Shown here: in pieces, positions 28,675 through 36,859 of the stretch
How the letters are laid out: each line of letters opens with the position of its first letter
How positions within the stretch are numbered: position 1 is the first letter of the stretch
Sequence record: SRR20825010_848
DNA length: 36,859 bases
Direction: 5' to 3' (one strand)
Translations under genes and position numbers: made by a program
The notes under the pieces: model-generated
What the model was told of the DNA's origin: nothing
The model's database searches: none
The model's input: the letters and a program-made list of their open reading frames with translations, nothing else

Positions 28675-29896
28675 AATTTTGCGTTTTGTGCCATTATACG
28701 TTTTGGCCTTTTTGCCCCTATTTAGTCTGGCAATGACAAGTATGGCAATTGGTTTATTGCTTATATACGCAATTTGGCATTTTATAAAAACAGATGCAAG
28801 GAAACTAAATCTAATACGGTTCAGGACAAGTTTAATTTATGCATTACCATTTTTCTTATATATTATAGCCCTGTTATGGACTCAGGATATGAAAAAGGGG
28901 CTAGAAATAGTGGGAAGAATGGTCTCAATTCTAATAATTCCAATATCAATTATTGGGTTAAAACCTTTCAAAAAAGTTGAGAGCATTTATCTTTTTTTTA
29001 AACTTTATATTATATCCTCTTTTGTCTATGTTCTTGTAACAATGTTATTTCTATTTCTAAATATGGATCTTATCCTAAATCAACCCAATTCCTATTTTTC
29101 AGTTTTAACTTTAAGAAATTCCATAGATAATATACCTTTAATAGGAGAACACGCCATTTATTTTTCTTTATTTGTTGGTGTAGCTTTATTGATTCTTTAT
29201 TACCATAGGTTTAAAAATAAATATGTTAATGTCCTTTTTGGGCTTACTTTTTTGAGTGCCATTGCAATAGCAAGCTCCAGAGGAGTAATAGCAGGATTGG
29301 TAATTGTATCTATTATTATTGTCTTTCAAGAAGTCAAAAGTCATAAAAAAGCTATATTTATTACGATTGGGTTGATTTTAGGTATTTTGGCCATCTCTTT
29401 TTTAACACCTATCAAGAGTAGAATAGATGAGATTTTAAACACTAAGAACATATATCCAGTAGGGCTACAATACAATTCTTTCAACCTTAGAGTGGCAATT
29501 TATGATTGTTCACTAAAAATTATTAATAGGAGTCCTTTGATTGGATATGGCCCAGGAGATGTTCAAAATGAATTAAATGAATGCTATAAAAAATTCGATA
29601 CTGAAGCCTTTACCAAGATTACCTATAACTCACATAATCAATATTTCGATTATCTTGCATCATTTGGTGTTTTAGGAACACTAATTATTCTGTTTGCCTT
29701 TTATTATTACTATAAAATTGCTGTTAAAGGTAAAAATAGGTTGTATTTAAACTTTCTAATACTTTTCTATATTGTGTTTTTAACAGAAAACGTTTTGTAT
29801 CGAAATTCTGGAATGGTCTTATTTGTCACCTTTAATTGTTTATTTGCCAACCTAATATTATTTGAAGAAAATTTGAAAAACTTGACTAATATATGA
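28664..29896 (+). CDS. O-antigen ligase (WaaL/Wzy_C) family membrane protein (second copy)
   Basis: Multi-TM protein; ASSRG, LR.AIY, PLIGYGPGD, SHNQYFD..ASFGVLG. Confidence 0.82.
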   Translation: MKIKILRFVPLYVLAFLPLFSLAMTSMAIGLLLIYAIWHFIKTDARKLNLIRFRTSLIYALPFFLYIIALLWTQDMKKGLEIVGRMVSILIIPISIIGLKPFKKVESIYLFFKLYIISSFVYVLVTMLFLFLNMDLILNQPNSYFSVLTLRNSIDNIPLIGEHAIYFSLFVGVALLILYYHRFKNKYVNVLFGLTFLSAIAIASSRGVIAGLVIVSIIIVFQEVKSHKKAIFITIGLILGILAISFLTPIKSRIDEILNTKNIYPVGLQYNSFNLRVAIYDCSLKIINRSPLIGYGPGDVQNELNECYKKFDTEAFTKITYNSHNQYFDYLASFGVLGTLIILFAFYYYYKIAVKGKNRLYLNFLILFYIVFLTENVLYRNSGMVLFVTFNCLFANLILFEENLKNLTNI

Positions 29897-30939
29897 TCGT
29901 CATAAATGCACGGTTTTTAACCCAAAAAATTACGGGTGTTCAAAGATATGCCCTTGAAATATGTAAAAGACTTCCCAAAGAAATTGCAGGTGAGAAGATA
30001 CTATTTGTCTCTCCAAAAATTAGTGATAGTAAGGTTTTTAATCCCGATATTAACTTAATTCAAATAGGTCAATTTAGTGGACAGTTGTGGGAGCAACTAG
30101 ATTTACCCATATTCCTAAAAAAAAATAAAAATCCCCTACTTGTAAATTTAGTTGGAATAGCTCCCATATTTTATAAGAATAAAATAATGGCCCTATATGA
30201 TCTGGCATTTAAACATTATCCAGAATGGTTTTCCTATAAGTTTCAAAAATCGTATAACCTACTTATTCCCTTAAGTTTAAAAAACACTAAAACCGTAGTC
30301 ACAGATAGTTTCTATGTAAAGGATGATATCCATAAAACTTATAAAATAAAAAAAAGTAATATCCATGTTGTTTATGCAGCCCCATCCAAAATATTTCATC
30401 AGATGGATCTTAAAAGAGAAAACTTTTTTTTAACTGTATCTTCCATTGACCCAAGGAAAAATTTGAAACGAATTATAGAAGCATTTAATTTAATAAAAAG
30501 TGATTACAAGCTTGTAATAGTTGGATCTAAACATAAAACTTTTTCAGGACTTAGCTTAGAGGAAAATCTATTAAATGAAAGAATTATCTTTACTGGTTAT
30601 CTAGAGGATGATGAATTAATTGAATTGTATAACAAAGCAGAAATATTTATTTATGCATCGCTATTTGAAGGCTTTGGAATTCCACCACTTGAAGCACAAG
30701 CCTGTGGTTGCCCATGTATAGTATCAAACACTACTTCACTCCCTGAGGTATATGCCGATTCTGTTGAATATTGTGATCCGCATTCAGTGGAAAGCATAAA
30801 AGAAAAAATGAATTATTTATTGAACAATCATCCAAGAAGAGTTCAACTAAAGAAAATGGGGCAATTAAACAGTAAAAGGTTTGATTGGGATTTATCCGCC
30901 AAGAAGTTTGAAAACATAATAGCTGAACATATTTTATGA
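29893..30939 (+). CDS. Glycosyltransferase family 4 (MtfB/WbdA-like, GDP-sugar type)
   Basis: INARFL..ITGVQRYA, DPRKNL, SLFEGFGIPPLEAQACG.P, SLPEV. Confidence 0.88.
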   Translation: MIVINARFLTQKITGVQRYALEICKRLPKEIAGEKILFVSPKISDSKVFNPDINLIQIGQFSGQLWEQLDLPIFLKKNKNPLLVNLVGIAPIFYKNKIMALYDLAFKHYPEWFSYKFQKSYNLLIPLSLKNTKTVVTDSFYVKDDIHKTYKIKKSNIHVVYAAPSKIFHQMDLKRENFFLTVSSIDPRKNLKRIIEAFNLIKSDYKLVIVGSKHKTFSGLSLEENLLNERIIFTGYLEDDELIELYNKAEIFIYASLFEGFGIPPLEAQACGCPCIVSNTTSLPEVYADSVEYCDPHSVESIKEKMNYLLNNHPRRVQLKKMGQLNSKRFDWDLSAKKFENIIAEHIL

Positions 30940-32084
30940 AAAAAGCATTAATTCATGACTGGTACACCGTATATGGAGGTGCTGAAAGATGTATCGAAAG
31001 TTTTACTAATATCTGGGATGATTTTGATCATTATTCCTTAATTGATGATTTAAATGAGGAGGATAGAAAAGTTATTCTTAAGGGTAAACAAACTGTAAAT
31101 TCTTTTATTCAAAGATTACCTTTTGGAAAAAAGAAATATCGAAGTTATCTGCCACTATTTCCATTGGCCATTGAACAATTTGATTTAAATGAATACGAAT
31201 TAGTTATCTCATCTTCTTCGTCTGTCGCAAAAGGTGTTTTAACTAGACCGGACCAATTACATATTTCCTATGTTTACTCACCTGTTCGCTATGCCTGGGA
31301 TTTGTATGCCCAATATTTAAGGGAATCAAAGCTGGAAAAAGGCTTAAAAGGCTTTTTAGCCAGATATTTTCTTTTCAGACTTCGTTCTTGGGATTATTCA
31401 ACTGCAAATCGTCCAGACCATTACATTGCAATTTCAAAATATGTGGCTAAAAGAATTAAAAAAATATATAACAAAGAGGCTATAGTAATATATCCACCTG
31501 TTGATACAAATTCCTTCAACATATCCGAAACTACAGAAGATTACTATATTACTTGTTCTAGGATGGTGCCTTATAAAAAAATAGATTTAATAGTTGAATC
31601 ATTTTCAAAAACGGAAAAAAAATTAATCGTTATTGGCGAGGGACCTGATTATAAGAAAATAAAGCATCTTGCTGGGCCCAATGTTCAGCTTTTAGGTTAT
31701 CTTGAAAAGAATAGGGTGCTAAACTTAATAAAAAGGGCTAAAGCCTTTATCTTTGCAGCCGAAGAGGATTTTGGTATAGCTCCGATTGAGGCACAAGCGG
31801 CAGGAGTACCTGTAATTGCTTTTGGTAAAGGAGGTATTTTAGAAACGGTAAATGGACAGTTCTCTGATAATCCTGTGTTGATGGAAAATCTGACAGGAGT
31901 TTTTTTTAAAGAACAAACCTCAGGCTCTTTACTTGAAGCATTAAGTTTCTTTGAAGAGAATGAGAAAATGTTTGATAAAAATATTATTAGAAAAAATGCT
32001 CAACAATTCAGTATTGAAAGATTTGAGAAAGAATTTAAGGACACAGTAGAAAGCCTATATAAGAATTGGAAAGAAGCACAATAG
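30936..32084 (+). CDS. Glycosyltransferase family 4, WbaZ-like (mannosyltransferase-type)
   Basis: ALIHDW...GGAE, SPVRYAWD, SRMVPYKKID, AEEDFGIAPIEAQAAG.P. Confidence 0.88.
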   Translation: MKKALIHDWYTVYGGAERCIESFTNIWDDFDHYSLIDDLNEEDRKVILKGKQTVNSFIQRLPFGKKKYRSYLPLFPLAIEQFDLNEYELVISSSSSVAKGVLTRPDQLHISYVYSPVRYAWDLYAQYLRESKLEKGLKGFLARYFLFRLRSWDYSTANRPDHYIAISKYVAKRIKKIYNKEAIVIYPPVDTNSFNISETTEDYYITCSRMVPYKKIDLIVESFSKTEKKLIVIGEGPDYKKIKHLAGPNVQLLGYLEKNRVLNLIKRAKAFIFAAEEDFGIAPIEAQAAGVPVIAFGKGGILETVNGQFSDNPVLMENLTGVFFKEQTSGSLLEALSFFEENEKMFDKNIIRKNAQQFSIERFEKEFKDTVESLYKNWKEAQ

Positions 32085-32090
32085 ACTAAT

Positions 32091-33125
32091 ATGAAAAAAG
32101 CAATTATCACAGGAATTACCGGTCAAGATGCAGCATATTTGGCCGAACTTTTATTACAAAAAGGTTATAAGGTTTATGGAACCTATAGACGAACTAGTTC
32201 TACCAACTTTTGGCGCATAGAGGAATTGGGAATCGAAAACCATCCCAATTTAATTCTCTTGGAATATGATTTGATAGACCTTTCTAGTGCCTATAGAATT
32301 ATTTCTGAAGTAGAACCAGATGAAATATACAATTTAGCGGCTCAAAGTTTCGTTGGGGTATCTTTTACCCAGCCCATTGCAACTGCGCAAATAACGGGCA
32401 TTGGCGCTATGAATCTATTGGAGGCCATTAGGACCATTAATCCAAAAATCCGATTTTATCAGGCATCCACATCCGAAATGTTCGGAAAAGTTCATGCCAT
32501 TCCGCAAAATGAAGAAACCCCGTTTCATCCAAGAAGTCCATATGGGGTTGCAAAAGTATTTGCTCATTGGGCTACATTAAATTACCAAGAATCATACAAT
32601 TTATTTGCTACAAGTGGTATCTTATTCAATCATGAGTCTCCGCTTAGGGGAAAAGAATTTGTTACCCGAAAAATTACAGATGCCGTAGCCAAAATACATC
32701 TTGGTAAACAAGATGTTTTGGAATTAGGAAACATGGACGCCAAAAGAGATTGGGGATATGCCAAGGAATATGTAGAAGGAATGTACAAAATGCTGCAAAT
32801 AGATGAACCAGGGACCTTTGTTCTCGCCACAAACCAGACGCAAACTGTTCGCGACTTTGTTTCTTTGGCATTTAATGCCATTGATATAGATCTTGTTTGG
32901 GAAGGAAAAGAGGATAAGGAAATTGGAAAGGACAGTAGATCCGGTAAAACTTTAATCAAAGTAAATCCTCAATTTTATCGTCCGGCAGAAGTAGATCTGT
33001 TAATTGGAGATGCATCAAAAGCTTTTGAAAAATTGAATTGGAAACCGAAAACCACGCTTAAGGAATTGTGTGATATGATGGTTAAAAAGGACTTGGAAAG
33101 AAATCAAAATGGAGGTACATTCTAG
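32091..33125 (+). CDS. gmd: GDP-mannose 4,6-dehydratase
   Basis: [56 protein letters not shown]. Confidence 0.97.
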   Translation: MKKAIITGITGQDAAYLAELLLQKGYKVYGTYRRTSSTNFWRIEELGIENHPNLILLEYDLIDLSSAYRIISEVEPDEIYNLAAQSFVGVSFTQPIATAQITGIGAMNLLEAIRTINPKIRFYQASTSEMFGKVHAIPQNEETPFHPRSPYGVAKVFAHWATLNYQESYNLFATSGILFNHESPLRGKEFVTRKITDAVAKIHLGKQDVLELGNMDAKRDWGYAKEYVEGMYKMLQIDEPGTFVLATNQTQTVRDFVSLAFNAIDIDLVWEGKEDKEIGKDSRSGKTLIKVNPQFYRPAEVDLLIGDASKAFEKLNWKPKTTLKELCDMMVKKDLERNQNGGTF

Positions 33126-34008
33126 ACAGATTATTTTCATTACAGGCATAACCGGCTTTACAGGTAAACATCTGGAAGAGCACTATTCTACTCGTGGATT
33201 CGATGTTTATGGAACTACCTTTACAGAGCCAACTTCTTCAAATCATTATAAGTGTGATATCTTAGATGAGGAGGAATTGTTTAAAATACTAACTAATGTT
33301 AAGCCCGATTATATAATTCATTTGGCAGCAATTTCATTTGTGGCCGCCAAAGACCAAAAGAATATTTATAACGTCAATATTTTCGGCACTTTAAATCTTT
33401 TAAATGGACTTGTTGGGTTAAACTATATGCCTTCTAAGGTTTTGATAGCTAGTAGTGCCGCTGTATATGGAAATATAGAGGGTGAACTAGACGAGGAAAT
33501 GTGTCCACAACCTGTTAATCATTATGGTAATAGTAAACTTGTTATGGAAAATATGGCAAAGGGCTATTATGATCGCTTAAATATTATTATAGTTAGACCT
33601 TTTAACTATACGGGTACTGGACAGGAAAACCACTTTTTAATTCCAAAAATTGTTGCCCATTATAAAGAAAACAAAAAAGAAATAGAATTAGGAAATATTG
33701 ACGTTTATAGGGAGTTCAATAATGTTCAATATGTCGTAAGATGTTACACAAAGTTGCTTTTTTCCGAATATAAATCTGACATTTTTAATGTTTGTTCGGG
33801 AAATGCCATAAATATCAACTATATACTTAACGTGATGAATCAATTGGCAGATTATGCCATTAAGGTCAACGTCAACCCTAAATTTGTAAGAAAAAATGAA
33901 ATTGATATTTTAAAAGGAAACCCTCAAAAATTATTTGCGCATATAGGAAATTTCACGGAGGAATATACCTTGCAAAGCACTTTAGCGAACATGTATAATG
34001 AAGAATAA
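33109..34008 (+). CDS. GDP-4-keto-6-deoxy-D-mannose 4-reductase (Tld/Rmd-type SDR)
   Basis: [49 protein letters not shown]. Overlaps gmd and is not Fcl-like. Confidence 0.8.
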   Translation: MEVHSRQIIFITGITGFTGKHLEEHYSTRGFDVYGTTFTEPTSSNHYKCDILDEEELFKILTNVKPDYIIHLAAISFVAAKDQKNIYNVNIFGTLNLLNGLVGLNYMPSKVLIASSAAVYGNIEGELDEEMCPQPVNHYGNSKLVMENMAKGYYDRLNIIIVRPFNYTGTGQENHFLIPKIVAHYKENKKEIELGNIDVYREFNNVQYVVRCYTKLLFSEYKSDIFNVCSGNAININYILNVMNQLADYAIKVNVNPKFVRKNEIDILKGNPQKLFAHIGNFTEEYTLQSTLANMYNEE

Positions 34009-34284
34009 TATTTAGTGGCGAATTGGAAAAACTTGAAATAGGTTCAGCATATCAAATTAGTTAGATTTATCCAAATAGAACCTCTAAAATTAAAAATACT
34101 TCCATCCTGAACTTAAATCTTCACTGTTTTTTTGACCAAAACCCATTAAAGGTGTCTTATTTTCAATATTGAGACTATTTTATTCCTAGTTCCAAAAATG
34201 ATTGATTTTGCAATTAATAGTACCGGAATAGGTGAAAAAGCTTACATAGGGCATTATTAGCTTAACTATTCTCATATTTAAATT

Positions 34285-34292
34285 TATCTTTG
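34285..34292 (+). promoter_or_regulatory. Bacteroidota -7 promoter element for wcaJ
   Basis: TATCTTTG, 36 bp upstream of the ATG at 34329, within a 320-bp intergenic gap. Confidence 0.6.
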
Positions 34293-34328
34293 TCCATAGT
34301 TGATAACTAATCGCCCGGCATAAAATCA

Positions 34329-35681
34329 ATGTTTTCCAGAAGACACCGTTATTCCAGCCTCATTACCCCCATATCATATGGGGTGGATTTATTGGTGATT
34401 AATCTTTTTGCCTATATACTACCCATAAACTTTCAGTACCCCATTCTGTTTCACAGTTATCTTACTTTAGCTTGGGTTATTCTTTCTTTCAAGAACGACT
34501 TTTACGTGGTCTATAGATATACTAAAGTATCATATCTTCTTAAACTTTTGTTCAACCAATTTGTTTTTTTCTTTTTAATATTATACGCCTTTATCGGCTT
34601 TTTTAAACAGCCCAATATAAGTAGGTTGGCGCTAGGAGAATATTTTATCTCGGTTGGTTTGGCCATATTTACTATTAAGTTCTTGAATTATGTCCTTTTG
34701 ATGAAATATCGCGAAAGGATTAAAGGGAATATGAGAAATGTGGTGGTCATTGGTAAGAACAAAAAAACCGATCAGTTGATCGATGTTTTTAATGATCGTA
34801 GGGAGTATGGGTATCATTTTATGAAACAGTTCTGTCCTTCGGACCCTTCATTTGATATATACAAGACTTTCGTTTATATAGTCGAGAATAATATCGACGA
34901 AATTTATTGCTCAGTCTCAGAACTAAAGAACAATCAAATAACGGAATTTATCAACTTTGCCGATAATAATCTAAAAACCCTGAAATTTATACCGGACAAT
35001 AAAAACATTTTCTCTAAAAAGCTCACCTTTGAATACTACGATTATATTCCAATCCTATCGTTGCGGGATATTCCCCTGCACAATCCTTTAAACTCTGCCT
35101 TAAAAAGAGGTTTCGATATCGTATTTTCATTAATTGTGGTGGTTGGAATTCTTTCATGGTTAGCACCAATAATTGCTCTCATTATCAGATTGGAAACAAA
35201 AGGACCTGTATATTTCCGACAAAAAAGAAATGGAATAGACAATAAGGAATTCTATTGTTATAAATTTAGGTCCATGGCCCCCAATGAACATGCCGATAGT
35301 CTTATGGCCGTTAAAAATGACATGCGTACCACCAAGGTGGGCAAATTTATCCGCAGAACGAGCATCGACGAACTTCCTCAGTTTTATAATGTCCTGTTTG
35401 GAAATATGTCTGTTGTTGGTCCGCGCCCCCATATGGTTAAACACACCAATGAATTTGCCAACAAAGTAGATAAATACATGCTACGCCATTTTGTTAAACC
35501 GGGCATAACAGGTCTAGCTCAAGTTAGGGGGTATAGGGGTGAAATAGAAACGGATATCGATATTTTAAACCGTACCAAGTTTGATATTTTCTATATTGAA
35601 AACTGGTCACTATTCATGGATCTAAAAATTATTGTTCAGACAATTCTGAATGCAATTTCCGGAGAGAAAAAAGCCTACTAA
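34329..35681 (+). CDS. wcaJ: Undecaprenyl-phosphate sugar phosphotransferase (WcaJ-like priming transferase)
   Basis: N-terminal TMs; KRGFDI, YKFRSM, SIDELPQF.NV..G.MSVVGPRP, KPGITGLAQV. Confidence 0.9.
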   Translation: MFSRRHRYSSLITPISYGVDLLVINLFAYILPINFQYPILFHSYLTLAWVILSFKNDFYVVYRYTKVSYLLKLLFNQFVFFFLILYAFIGFFKQPNISRLALGEYFISVGLAIFTIKFLNYVLLMKYRERIKGNMRNVVVIGKNKKTDQLIDVFNDRREYGYHFMKQFCPSDPSFDIYKTFVYIVENNIDEIYCSVSELKNNQITEFINFADNNLKTLKFIPDNKNIFSKKLTFEYYDYIPILSLRDIPLHNPLNSALKRGFDIVFSLIVVVGILSWLAPIIALIIRLETKGPVYFRQKRNGIDNKEFYCYKFRSMAPNEHADSLMAVKNDMRTTKVGKFIRRTSIDELPQFYNVLFGNMSVVGPRPHMVKHTNEFANKVDKYMLRHFVKPGITGLAQVRGYRGEIETDIDILNRTKFDIFYIENWSLFMDLKIIVQTILNAISGEKKAY

Positions 35682-35737
35682 AAAAGTTTCATCAAAAAGG
35701 TTCATATATATATTTAGTGCCTTAACTTAAACGACAA

Positions 35738-36715
35738 ATGAAAAAAGTACTTATCACCGGGGCAGCCGGATTTTTGGGATCGCATTTATGCGATCGCTTT
35801 ATAAAAGAAGGTTATTACGTTATTGCCATGGATAACCTGATTACCGGTGACCTTAAGAACATTGAACATCTTTTTCCTTTGGAACAATTTGAGTTTCAAC
35901 ACCACGATGTCTCCAAATTTGTACATATTCCTGGTAAGCTCGACTATATCCTGCATTTTGCCTCTCCCGCAAGTCCAATAGATTACTTAAAGATCCCCAT
36001 TGAGACCCTAAAGGTTGGTTCTCTTGGCACCTTAAATTTATTGGGCCTTGCCAAAGAAAAAAAAGCCAGGATATTGGTTGCTTCTACTTCGGAGGTGTAC
36101 GGTGATCCTCTAGTGCACCCACAAAGTGAAGACTATTACGGTAACGTTAGTCCAATTGGACCACGTGGGGTTTATGATGAGGCCAAAAGATTTATGGAAT
36201 CCATTACTATGGCCTACCATCGATTCCACGGCGTTGATACACGTATCGTTCGTATTTTCAATACCTATGGTTCCAGGATGAGATTGAACGACGGAAGGGT
36301 GGTACCTGCCTTTATGGGACAAGCCCTAAGAGGCGAGGATCTTACCGTTTTTGGGGATGGATCCCAAACAAGATCCTTTTGCTATATAGACGATCAGGTG
36401 GAAGGTATCTACCGATTATTGATGAGCGACTATACCGATCCCATAAATATTGGTAATCCCCATGAAACAACGATCAAGGAGTTTGCAGAGGAAATTATTA
36501 AACTTACTGGAACGGACCAGAAAATAATATACAAGCCCTTGCCACAGGATGATCCCATGCAGCGCGAACCAGACATTACGAGGGCTAAGGAAATATTGGG
36601 ATGGGAGCCTAAAGTGAACCGGGCCGAGGGCCTTAAGAAAGTCTACGAATACTTTAAGTCCCTATCCCCGGAAGAGCTACAGAAAAAAGAACATCGGGAA
36701 TTCTCGGCCAAATAA
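35738..36715 (+). CDS. UDP-glucuronic acid decarboxylase (UDP-xylose synthase) family
   Basis: [57 protein letters not shown]. Confidence 0.92.
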   Translation: MKKVLITGAAGFLGSHLCDRFIKEGYYVIAMDNLITGDLKNIEHLFPLEQFEFQHHDVSKFVHIPGKLDYILHFASPASPIDYLKIPIETLKVGSLGTLNLLGLAKEKKARILVASTSEVYGDPLVHPQSEDYYGNVSPIGPRGVYDEAKRFMESITMAYHRFHGVDTRIVRIFNTYGSRMRLNDGRVVPAFMGQALRGEDLTVFGDGSQTRSFCYIDDQVEGIYRLLMSDYTDPINIGNPHETTIKEFAEEIIKLTGTDQKIIYKPLPQDDPMQREPDITRAKEILGWEPKVNRAEGLKKVYEYFKSLSPEELQKKEHREFSAK

Positions 36716-36859
36716 AACATTTCAAGGAATCCAAAAATAAGTGAACAGTTGCAGTAGCAAGTGGTCAGAAGGCGTAGGATTCAAGGTTGATCTACCATTT
36801 TTTTCCTTTTTACCCTTTCCCAAGTGTTCTTTAACGTGAGTTCGATATGTATTTTATTT

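Noticed and set aside
4-36322. Many 60-130 aa antisense or out-of-frame ORFs in the ORF track (for example 256..591, 4717..5046, 11167..11559, 16734..17108, 32630..32959)
   Set aside because: They overlap well-supported genes and show no recognisable motifs, so they are shadow ORFs.
36716-36859. RNA gene or end of a convergent CDS at the right edge
   Set aside because: No tRNA cloverleaf or strong hairpin, and too little sequence to support a call.

Overview
This AT-rich window looks like a Flavobacteriaceae (Bacteroidota) chromosome, based on gene content, TAnnTTTG promoters and A|Q signal peptides. The left part (1-13.3 kb) holds housekeeping and envelope genes: pgk (3' part), an MltD-type LysM lytic transglycosylase, a DUF4837-like lipoprotein, a 56-aa membrane protein absent from the ORF track, an 886-aa SPOR-like/TPR/PD40/OmpA (PorE-like) protein, tatA, an M23 peptidase, a GH3-family adenylating enzyme, a nucleoside-phosphorylase-like protein and a Wzz-like protein. 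The right part (13.4-36.7 kb) is a Wzx/Wzy-type surface polysaccharide locus: rfbCDBA, a sugar-tailoring block, wzx, an AT3-SGNH O-acyltransferase, three GT4 enzymes, two Wzy/WaaL-family proteins, gmd plus a 4-reductase, a WcaJ-like priming transferase and a UDP-GlcA decarboxylase. The most notable element is the five-gene block at 16671-22269. It combines 2-deoxysugar enzymes known mainly from actinomycete antibiotic pathways (NDP-hexose 2,3-dehydratase and 3-ketoreductase) with an N-formyltransferase and enterobacterial-common-antigen-type WecE/WecF homologues. This predicts an unusual dTDP-4-formamido-2,4,6-trideoxyhexose built into a cell-surface glycan. All family calls come from motif recognition, not database searches. 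No rRNA, tRNA, CRISPR or IS element was recognised.
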